Made by a program: the position numbers and the translations under genes
The notes under the pieces: generated by a model
What the model saw: the letters and a program-made list of their open reading frames with translations, nothing else
Database searches by the model: none
Told to the model about the DNA's origin: nothing
NCBI GenBank assembly: GCA_964544115.1
Contig: CAZJBP010000001.1
Location: 1-60,705 of the forward strand
Reading direction: 5' to 3'
From: an uncultured Victivallales bacterium
GTDB taxonomy: Bacteria; Verrucomicrobiota; Kiritimatiellia; UBA8416; JADHWI01
DNA length: 60,705 nucleotides
Part shown: piece after piece, positions 53,890 to 60,705 of the stretch
Layout: the number at the start of each line of letters is the position of its first letter
How positions within the stretch are numbered: position 1 is the first letter of the stretch

Positions 53890-53991
53890 CTGAAACGGGA
53901 TGCCGAAGGGCCGTCAGCACTGCGCGGCTCCGCGTTGCTTCCCGCTGTCGCCGTCCCTATGATATGCCCCTCGAGCGCCGCTGACGCGCGC
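53890..53991 (+). repeat. 102-bp direct repeat, copy 1 (carries a sigma70-like promoter at 53935-53963)
   Basis: 99/102 identical to 57538-57639 (mismatches counted by eye: 3). TTGCTT, 17-bp spacer, TATGAT. Confidence 0.85.
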
Positions 53992-54070
53992 CGTTTCTAT
54001 CCGGTGCCGGGACAGGGGTGCCGGGACAGGCGGGACAGGTGACAGGTAAAGGGTCCTTCGGAAGATCAAG

Positions 54071-56041
54071 GTGAGAGTGCGCTCAATAAGTCGCCTTGTG
54101 ATAGGCTGCCTCGTCCTGGGGTTGAGTGCGCTTTCGGGAAGAGCGCAGGAAGATCCGGCACTGTTCCGCATTGGCAAGGGGAACTTGCTCGGGTTTATCG
54201 ATCGCGACGGTCGAACGCTCGTCGTGCCCAAGTACCAGTACGTGGACACCGCCTGGTGGGAGGGGTGTTTGTGGGTCCGGGAATCGTTTCCCTTGTGGTG
54301 GCAGGGCTTGGAGACGAACGCACCCTCCGGCAACTTCATCGGCCCTGACGGGGTGACCATATCCGCGCGGCCGCTCTCAGAGCTCGATTGTTTCCGCGAG
54401 CCCATGTTCAGGAGCGGCATCGCGTTGGTGCGGCTCTCGATGAACGATTGTGCTTACATTGACAAAGCCGGGCGCATTTTATTCCACGCGCCTCCTTGGT
54501 GTGTGGGGGTTCCTGATGATGCAGGACCGTGGGTAATGGTTGAAGACGGCAAGTTCGGTTACGCCACGCGATCAGGCAAGGTCGTGGTCCCAGCGACGTT
54601 CGACGAGTGCGGCAGCTTCACCTATGGGTTTGCGCCCGTCCGGCGGGGTTCCGAATGGGGCATCATCGACTCAGACGGGAAATGGGTATTGGAGCCCTCA
54701 TATAGTGAGATCAGGAGGGTCGAGAGCGGTCACACGTTGTTGAAGTATCGGTCGGGTATACGTTGGGGAATGCTTCGCAACGACGGCAAGGTTCTTACCG
54801 CCGCGAAGTTCGATCAGGTGGGTCACGGAGGCTATGGGGTGGTCACCGTGCGGATCGGCGACAAGTGGGGTCTGGTGACCGATGGAGGCTGTACTGTTCT
54901 GGACCCCCAGTTTGAGGGGGTGGGTACTGTGACTCCGTACGTAGTGGCGGTGTCAAAAAGCAATCTCTGGGGGCTTGTGAGCCTAGACGGGACTGTTGTC
55001 CAAGAGCCGGCGTTCAGCTCGCTGTCGATCCGTGAGGCTGGTGGGCCGTGCGTCGGTCGCATGCCTCTGGCCGGCTGTGGCGTTCTGCTTGATGAGCGTG
55101 GAAGAAGGATCACCGCGCCGGCGGCGGATGATTTCCATCTGGTGGGCAACGACAGAGCTTTCTTCAGGCAGGGCGAAAAGTGGGGGCTCATGGCGACAGC
55201 GGGAGAAGTGCTGATCGAAGCGACCTACGACGATGTTGGAGGCTTCGAGAAACACGGCTTGTTTGGTGTCGCACGCAGGCGCATGCGGGGTCTGGTTGAT
55301 ATAGTGACAGGTCGCGAAGTGTTGCCGACGACGCATGAACGCGTTGTGAGTTGGCACGAGGTAGTGCGGTGCATTGACGGCGGCACGAATTCGTTCTACA
55401 CGCGGTCTGGGTCCGTGTTGGTATCTGAAGAGGCGGGGATCACGAATGTGACAGACGCATGGCTTATGTACGATGGGTATGGCGTCATAGAGGGGAAGAC
55501 AGGGGCGGGTGTCATCTCGAAGGATGGACGCATCGTGCTGCCGATGAGGTACGAGAGAGCGGGTTTCCCCTCCGAGGATCTTGTGCCGGTTCAAGTTGGG
55601 GGGAAGTGGGGGTATGTCGATCTGCGAGGCCGTCCGGTAGTAATGCCCCGCTTTGCGGATGCGGGGAGCTTTTCCGAAGGCGTGGCGTTTGTGCGGGTCG
55701 ACGACGCGTATGGATTCATTGATCACCGAGGGGAGTTTGTAATCGCACCGAAGTACGCGGCCGCTGGTTACAGCCTGAACGGTTTGCTTCCGGTCGCCGT
55801 GCGCCGCGAAGGTGGAACGGATGCGGTATGGGGGGTGGCAGCACTCAAGTGGGGGTTGATTGACCGACAGGGAAACACCGTGCTGCCCGTCGAATATGAA
55901 GTTTTGGAATGGGGGTCGAGATCGGCGAAGAAGAAGCGGCCTTACGGGAGAATGGTTAGTCGCGAATGTTCGCGCTGGGCGGATCTGGATACCGAAGGCG
56001 GCCGGTTCCTCGTCCCTTGGATTCAGGGCGCAGTGAAGTAG
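54071..56041 (+). CDS. WG-repeat (KWG-type) secreted protein
   Basis: GTG start, signal peptide RLVIGCLVLGLSALSGRAQ. More than 10 repeats of the type KFGYATRSGKVVVPATFDECGSFTYGFAPVRRGSEWGIIDSDGKWVLEPSY. GC is visibly lower than in the flanks. Confidence 0.8.
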   Translation: MRVRSISRLVIGCLVLGLSALSGRAQEDPALFRIGKGNLLGFIDRDGRTLVVPKYQYVDTAWWEGCLWVRESFPLWWQGLETNAPSGNFIGPDGVTISARPLSELDCFREPMFRSGIALVRLSMNDCAYIDKAGRILFHAPPWCVGVPDDAGPWVMVEDGKFGYATRSGKVVVPATFDECGSFTYGFAPVRRGSEWGIIDSDGKWVLEPSYSEIRRVESGHTLLKYRSGIRWGMLRNDGKVLTAAKFDQVGHGGYGVVTVRIGDKWGLVTDGGCTVLDPQFEGVGTVTPYVVAVSKSNLWGLVSLDGTVVQEPAFSSLSIREAGGPCVGRMPLAGCGVLLDERGRRITAPAADDFHLVGNDRAFFRQGEKWGLMATAGEVLIEATYDDVGGFEKHGLFGVARRRMRGLVDIVTGREVLPTTHERVVSWHEVVRCIDGGTNSFYTRSGSVLVSEEAGITNVTDAWLMYDGYGVIEGKTGAGVISKDGRIVLPMRYERAGFPSEDLVPVQVGGKWGYVDLRGRPVVMPRFADAGSFSEGVAFVRVDDAYGFIDHRGEFVIAPKYAAAGYSLNGLLPVAVRREGGTDAVWGVAALKWGLIDRQGNTVLPVEYEVLEWGSRSAKKKRPYGRMVSRECSRWADLDTEGGRFLVPWIQGAVK

Positions 56042-56069
56042 TGGGATCCCCTGCGTCAGAAAAGCACTC

Positions 56070-56203
56070 GGACAAGTGACGGACGAGTACTGACGGCACA
56101 CTGGGGAGCACACTGACCACACTGGGGACAGGTAAACTGTCGGAGATAGACAGACAAGTGACAGGTAAAGTCACCGGACAAGCGGACAAGTGACAGGTAA
56201 AGT
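56070..56203 (+). repeat. Array of short direct repeats with a GACAGGTAAA(G) core
   Basis: GACAAGTGACAGGTAAAGT perfect at 56153-56171 and 56185-56203. GACAGGTAAA also at 56127-56136. CACACTGGGGA occurs twice (56097-56107, 56118-56128). Related GGGACAGG x3 plus GACAGGTAAAG at 54004-54051. Confidence 0.7.
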
Positions 56204-56392
56204 ATCCTCCACCGGGGTGTAGGGTGGGCGAATCTGGCAGGGCGGGGCGCCGGGGCGTCAGTGTTTGTGAAGGGCGTCTGAGGTGGGTGTGACGGCGTTC
56301 TGAGTGGCACACGGAGCGCGAACGGCGGAAGCCGGGCACGCGCCGGCTGTTGGGTTGCCGGTCGGTGCCGTGAGCCAGCTTGCTGGCGGCGC

Positions 56393-57349
56393 TCAGACGA
56401 TCTGGCGCAACTGCCTGAAGCTGTAGATCTCGGGCCGTGAGCCGGCGGGATCCGGCGCCAGGGCTCGGGTGAGGCGTCGCCTGGCTATGGCCGCCTCGCC
56501 ACGGGCCTTGGCCAGAACGTTCTTCACGAAGAGGTCCGAGCCGATGACCAGGCCGTCAACCCAGTAGCGCACGCGGCGATCCGCGCGGATTGCAAAGGGC
56601 TGCTTCTCGGCGGCCTTCAGGGCGACGGCCTCTACGGTCTGCGGGGACGCGCCGGCCTCCACTGCCGTCTCGACAGCGATGGCGCGGCGCAGGGCTGACA
56701 GAAGGCTGTCCATGTCCTTGGCCCCAAGGCCCTCGGGCAGTGTCGGCAGCACGTGCGAAACGACGGGCTCTTCCCACGGATGCCGGCCAGCGGCCGACCA
56801 CTCGGCCAGGGTGCAGAACCGGTAGTCGGCGGGGTTTCTGACGATGCCTGCGCGTACCGGGTTGAGTTCCAGATACTTCCAGCAGTGCCAAACGGACAGA
56901 CCGCCTTCGAGGATGGTGTTTTTGAACCGCTCCTGCCAGAGGTGTCCCCGGCGGCGCACAGGACGTGTGCGGTTGAACCAGCGGGTGAACTGCTGCTGGA
57001 GGTCCTTCATGAAGCGGCTGACATCGCGCAGTTGCCCGGGCAGAGCCGCGGCCCGTTCAGTACCCACGCGCACCGTCTTCTTGCCGTCGTAGAAGGCATT
57101 GAATCGCGCCACCGCCTCCGCCTCCGGAAGCCCCTTGCCAGGGATGAACGTCAGCAGATGGAAGTGGTTGCCCATGACCTGGTAGGCGACAACCTCCACC
57201 GTGTACAGCCGCAAGAGCTTACGCATGATACAGACGAAGCACTCCTTCTCTGCCGGTCCGAAGGGGAACTCCCCCACGTGCCCACCGATCCGATTATAAA
57301 GGTGCATGAACGTGTCCACTTCCGACGGCTTGATCCTGGCCTGACGCAT
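56393..57349 (-). mobile_element. REP-associated tyrosine transposase-like (IS200/IS605 Y1 HUH superfamily) gene
   Basis: HUH motif VMGNHFHLL. RGHLWQERFKNTILE...YLELNPVRAGIVRNPADYRF (catalytic Tyr in the YxxxNP context). 318 aa with a non-catalytic C-terminal extension. Confidence 0.8.
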
Positions 57350-57417
57350 GGTTTCCTCCCCGGTGAGTGACTCGCCCCCTCCACACCTACCAAAGCAACT
57401 GCCGCGTCCGAATTCCG

Positions 57418-57532
57418 GTCGAAGGTGGACTACTAACCTGTCCCTATCGGCCGCCCGGTCGAAGGTGGACTACTAACCTGTCCCTATCGGCTTCGGCTAG
57501 TCGAAGGTGGACTACTAACCTGTCCCTATCGG
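57418..57532 (+). repeat. Three perfect 33-bp direct repeats GTCGAAGGTGGACTACTAACCTGTCCCTATCGG separated by 7 and 9 bp
   Basis: Copies at 57418-57450, 57458-57490 and 57500-57532, immediately upstream of the RAYT-like gene. Contains the reverse complement of GGGACAGGT. Confidence 0.9.
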
Positions 57533-57537
57533 GGCCC

Positions 57538-57639
57538 CTGAAACGGGATGCCGAAGGGCCGTTAGCATTGCGCGGCTCCGCGTTGCTTCCCGCTGTCGCC
57601 GTCCCTATGATATGCCCCTCGCGCGCCGCTGACGCGCGC
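57538..57639 (+). repeat. 102-bp direct repeat, copy 2
   Basis: See 53890-53991. Ends 10 nt before the asnS ATG (GGAGG RBS in between). Confidence 0.85.
57583..57611 (+). promoter_or_regulatory. Putative sigma70-type promoter of asnS
   Basis: TTGCTT (57583-57588), 17-bp spacer, TATGAT (57606-57611), 39 nt upstream of the ATG at 57650. Confidence 0.45.
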
Positions 57640-57649
57640 TGGAGGCGAC

Positions 57650-59155
57650 ATGAGCGATTCGATAGACACGACCGTTGACCGTCTGGCCGAACACGCGGGA
57701 CAGGCCGTCCGTTTGCGCGGCTGGGTGTACGGCCTGCGGCGCAGCGGCAAGGTGGCGTTTCTGGAATTGCGCGACGGCACGGGCATCTGCCAGTGCATCG
57801 TCGAGGCGTCTGCGCCGGAGGCGTTCGAGGCCGCCGGCCGACTGACCCAGGAGTCCTCGCTGGCGCTGACCGGCACCGTGCGCCCCGAACCGCGCGCCCC
57901 GGGGGGCTATGAGATTGCGGTGGTGACGCTGGAGCCCGTGCACATCGCTGAGGATTACCCCATCACCCGCAAGGCCCACGGGTGGGACTTCCTCTTCTCC
58001 CATCGCCACCTGTGGTTCCGGTCGCGCCGCCCGACCGCCATCCTCCGTATTCGCCACACGCTGATCCGCGCCTGCCGCGAGTTCTTCGACAACCGCGGCT
58101 TCACGCTGGTGGACACGCCGATCCTCGTGCCCGGAGCCGGCGAAGATACGCAGACGCTCTTCCCGGTGACCTACTTCGACCGGCAGGCCTACCTGGCGCA
58201 GACGGGCCAGCTCTACCTGGAGTCGGCCTGCATGGCGCTGGGAAAGGTGTACTGCTTCGGACCGACGTTCCGCGCCGAGAAGTCCAAGACGCGCCGCCAC
58301 CTGACCGAGTTCTGGATGATCGAGCCGGAAATCGCCTTCGCCGACCTGGACGACGTGATCGCCCTGGCCGAGGATTTCATGGTCCATCTTGTCGAGCGGG
58401 TCCTGGCCGCGAACACGGCGGATCTCGAGTCCCTCGGCCGCGACGTCGAGGCGCTGCGCCTCATCCGCAAGCCGTTCCCGAGGATGACGTACGATCAGGC
58501 GGTCGAGAACCTGCGCAGCGAGGCCACGCGCCAGAGGATGGAGGCGCGCCTGGAGCAGGCGCGGGCCGAACTGGCGGCGCGGCGCGCGGAGCAGGGCGCG
58601 CTGACGCTGGAGCTGGAGTCGGCCAAACAGGCCTGGAAGCAGGACAAGGCCCGGCTGGCCCTGCAGGAAACGGCGGACGCGATCACGGACCTGGAGCGCG
58701 AGGTGGAATATGCCCCCGAGCACATCCGGCTGGCGCAGGCGTTCGAGTGGGGCGGCGACCTCGGCGGCAGCGACGAATCGGTGCTGTCGCGGCAGTTCGA
58801 CCGCCCTCTGTTTGTGACCGACTATCCCGCCGAGGCCAAGGCGTTCTACATGAAGCGCCATCCGCACGACCCGCGGCGGGTCCGCAACATGGACCTGCTG
58901 GCGCCGGAGGGCTACGGCGAGATCATCGGCGGCAGCCAGCGCGAAGACGATATCGAGACTCTGCGCCGCAGCACGCAGGAGAAGGGGCTGCGCCCCGAGG
59001 ACTACGACTGGTACTTTGACCTGCGCCGCTTCGGCTCGGTCCCGCACGGCGGCTTTGGGCTGGGCATCGAGCGGACGCTGACGTGGATCTGCGGCCTCAA
59101 GCACGTCCGCGAAACCATCCCGTTCCCCCGCACGATGGGGAAGATGGTTTTGTGA
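57650..59155 (+). CDS. asnS: Asparagine--tRNA ligase with a ~65-75-aa coiled-coil insertion
   Basis: FRAEKSKTRRHLTEFWMIEPEIAF (AsnRS motif 2 context), GGSQRE, RRFGSVPHGGFGLGIERTLTWICGLKHVRETIPFPR (motif 3). Confidence 0.85.
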   Translation: MSDSIDTTVDRLAEHAGQAVRLRGWVYGLRRSGKVAFLELRDGTGICQCIVEASAPEAFEAAGRLTQESSLALTGTVRPEPRAPGGYEIAVVTLEPVHIAEDYPITRKAHGWDFLFSHRHLWFRSRRPTAILRIRHTLIRACREFFDNRGFTLVDTPILVPGAGEDTQTLFPVTYFDRQAYLAQTGQLYLESACMALGKVYCFGPTFRAEKSKTRRHLTEFWMIEPEIAFADLDDVIALAEDFMVHLVERVLAANTADLESLGRDVEALRLIRKPFPRMTYDQAVENLRSEATRQRMEARLEQARAELAARRAEQGALTLELESAKQAWKQDKARLALQETADAITDLEREVEYAPEHIRLAQAFEWGGDLGGSDESVLSRQFDRPLFVTDYPAEAKAFYMKRHPHDPRRVRNMDLLAPEGYGEIIGGSQREDDIETLRRSTQEKGLRPEDYDWYFDLRRFGSVPHGGFGLGIERTLTWICGLKHVRETIPFPRTMGKMVL

Positions 59156-59164
59156 AGAAGGCTG

Positions 59165-59235
59165 CAGCTGTTTAGGCCGTTAGGCGCCGGCGGCTCCCAC
59201 CGAACAGCCCAACAGTCTAACAGCCTAACGACCTA
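59165..59235. terminator. REP-like hairpin between convergent asnS and the methyltransferase gene (possible bidirectional terminator)
   Basis: TAGGCCGTTAGGC (59173-59185) pairs with GCCTAACGACCTA (59223-59235) at 12/13. Shares CAGCTGTTTAGGC and CTAACAGCC with the 1881-1993 element. No U-tract. Confidence 0.35.
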
Positions 59236-60372
59236 TTACGGCACTTCGTACACGAGCAACTCGCACGGCAGATCGCCGTTCTTGAGCGGGAACACCGCTT
59301 CGGGTTGGAGGGCCATGGCCTGCCGGTAGCCGGGATGGCCCGCGAGCAGGGCCACGCGGCTGCCATGCATCCGGCAGAGGGCCGCGGTGATATCGCGGCA
59401 GAACGCCGCGTCAGCTCCGAGCCGCACGTCATACGGCGGGTTGGCGACCACCATCCTTCGCACGCCGTCGCTCTGCCACGCGATCAGCGAGCGCTCGCGG
59501 AAGGCGATCCGAACGCCTGCGCGGCCGGCGTTCGCCCGTGCCACGTCCAGCACGGCCGGATCGATGTCCGCGGCCGTAACCGCCGGCGCGCCTCGCCCTG
59601 CGCGCCGGCGCGCCTCGCCCCTGAGCTCCCGCATGACCTGCCGGCCGTCATCGTCAAACCCGGCCCAGCGCTCGAATCCGAACCGCTCGCGCCGCAGCCC
59701 TGGCGCCACGTCCGCGGCCCACATCGCGGCCTCGATCGCGATCGTCCCCGAGCCGCACATCGGGTCGAGAACCGGCGTTACGCGGTCCCATCGGGCGAGC
59801 CGCAGGATCGCCGCCGCCAGCGTCTCGCGCAGCGGCGCCTCGCCCGCCTCGGTGCGGTACCCGCGCCGTGAGAGCGGCTCTCCGGAGAGGTCGACGTACA
59901 GCGTGACCGAGTTCCGCCGGATGTAGACCGACACACGCACGTCCGCGTCCGCCCGGTCCACGTTCGGCCGCTCGCCCGTGCGATCCCGCACCTGGTCGAC
60001 GATGGCGTCCTTGACCTTCAGCGCCGTGAAGCCGCTGTGCCGGAACGTCTCCGTGCCGGCCGTCACCGCCGATACGGAGAGCGAAAGGTCGGAGGTCAGG
60101 AACCGGGACCAGTCCACCGCGGATGCCCCGGCATACAGAGCATCCGCATCGTCGGCGTCGAAGCGGGCCACCTCCGCGAGGATGCGTGGCGCCACGCGGC
60201 TCTCCAGGCAGGCGCGCCATCCGTCGCGCCACGCGCCGCGGAACGGGATCCCGCCGCTGCCCTGGCGCACGTGCGGCAGGCCCAGGTCGCGCAGTTCCTC
60301 GTACAGTGCCAGCTCCGTGCCGGCACTGGCCGCCGCAAAGAATCCTACCGATTCGAACTCCATCCCGCCCAT
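59236..60372 (-). CDS. THUMP-domain class I SAM-dependent RNA methyltransferase (RlmL N-terminal-half-like)
   Basis: DPMCGSGTIAIEAA (motif I), NPPYDVRLG (motif IV), and an N-terminal THUMP-like region. Confidence 0.8.
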   Translation of the reverse strand: MGGMEFESVGFFAAASAGTELALYEELRDLGLPHVRQGSGGIPFRGAWRDGWRACLESRVAPRILAEVARFDADDADALYAGASAVDWSRFLTSDLSLSVSAVTAGTETFRHSGFTALKVKDAIVDQVRDRTGERPNVDRADADVRVSVYIRRNSVTLYVDLSGEPLSRRGYRTEAGEAPLRETLAAAILRLARWDRVTPVLDPMCGSGTIAIEAAMWAADVAPGLRRERFGFERWAGFDDDGRQVMRELRGEARRRAGRGAPAVTAADIDPAVLDVARANAGRAGVRIAFRERSLIAWQSDGVRRMVVANPPYDVRLGADAAFCRDITAALCRMHGSRVALLAGHPGYRQAMALQPEAVFPLKNGDLPCELLVYEVP

Positions 60373-60404
60373 CCTTTGCCCCTAACGGAGGCATCCAACC
60401 CGGC

Positions 60405-60705
60405 CACAAGCATGGCGCACGCCCGCAGCGGAGTCGAGTCCGCGATGGGCTGGCTGTCGGCAGCGGGCGCATCCGCGATTCAGTTCAAGCCGGTTGGGGT
60501 GTTGCCAGGCCTGCCGTCGTCGTGGTTGGCGGCCTCGCGCGCATTCCTTTCGGCGTGGGGGTCGGGATCGCTATCGGTATCGAACTCGGGCGGCCGGCGG
60601 TGGGTGGCTCGGTCTTGATGCTGCCGGGGGATGTGTCGCGGATCGGGTCGAAACACGGGCGCGTGATATCGGCCCGTCTGCCGCGTTGCCTTCGGGGGGC
60701 GCAGA
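60405..60705. repeat. Inverted homologue of the element at 1-385, truncated by the window end
   Basis: Reverse complement of about 95-260 aligns with about 60528-60695, e.g. CTGCCGGGGGATGTGTCGCGG.TCGGGTCGAAAC.CGGGC and TTCGGCGT.GGGGTCGG.ATCG.TATCGGTATCGA.CTCGGGCGGCCGG. TIR-arm homologue GGGCGCATCCGCGATTCAGTTCA at 60466-60488. Confidence 0.6.

Noticed and set aside
57418-57532. Possible CRISPR array (three identical 33-bp repeats).
   Set aside because: The spacers are only 7 and 9 bp, there are only three units, and no cas genes are in the window. The position next to an HUH transposase fits iterons or REP copies instead.
1-60705. The whole window as one giant mobile element bounded by ~300-bp inverted terminal repeats.
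   Set aside because: The content is dominated by single-copy housekeeping genes (murJ, lpxK, lepB, folD, asnS, uvrC, recQ). A third repeat copy lies internally at 52.0 kb, and no integrase or conjugation genes are present. A dispersed repeat causing contig or window ends is a simpler explanation.

Overview
High-GC (about 65-70% by eye), gene-dense chromosomal segment. Gene content suggests a Gram-negative member of the PVC group (Verrucomicrobiota, Kiritimatiellota or Planctomycetota); this taxon call is a low-confidence inference from the Bat-like MoxR/vWA operon, the SHD1 and WG-repeat proteins and the LPS genes. I saw no rRNA, tRNA, CRISPR array, integrase or prophage.

Gene map:
- 0.4-13.2 kb: six-gene translationally coupled MoxR/DUF58/BatA/vWA operon. 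It starts with an FHA-MoxR fusion and ends with a terpene-cyclase-fold protein.
- 13.4-14.9 kb: secreted Ig/Fn3-like repeat protein carrying a near-perfect 639-bp tandem duplication.
- 15.2-15.8 kb: low-GC BrnT/BrnA-like toxin-antitoxin (TA) pair.
- 16.0-19.9 kb: lpxK, waaF, murJ.
- 19.9-25.4 kb: recQ with an overlapping Phd-VapC cassette, convergent with a SWIM-SNF2 helicase.
- 25.5-28.8 kb: ECF transporter (S component, fused A1A2, T component).
- 29.0-30.8 kb: vapBC overlapping waaC.
- 30.9-33.9 kb: uvrC and a polyprenyl glycosylphosphotransferase.
- 34.0-38.0 kb: nrdD, a CxxC redoxin and nrdG.
- 38.4-43.1 kb: mazEF, folD, a 2Fe-2S ferredoxin, lepB, an SHD1-thioredoxin protein, a NUDIX hydrolase and a PIN/RHH pair.
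- 43.2-51.8 kb: an oxidoreductase, then a putative surface-glycopolymer neighbourhood with a polytopic membrane protein, a NusG paralog, rfbA, a Trp-rich 14-repeat secreted protein and an asnB paralog.
- 52.2-53.8 kb: a small lipoprotein and an aldo/keto reductase.
- 53.9-57.6 kb: lower-GC insertion (WG-repeat protein plus a RAYT-like HUH/Y1 transposase) bracketed by 102-bp direct repeats that carry a sigma70-like promoter.
- 57.7-60.4 kb: asnS with a coiled-coil insertion, and a THUMP RNA methyltransferase.

The most unusual signals:
- the Trp-rich repeat protein;
- the RAYT island with its GACAGG-core repeat arrays and duplicated promoter;
- a MITE-like foldback element whose homologues sit in inverted orientation at both ends of the window;
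- the FHA-MoxR operon;
- five TA modules, two of them fused into housekeeping operons by overlapping stop and start codons.

All functional calls come from motif recognition by eye. No database search was run.
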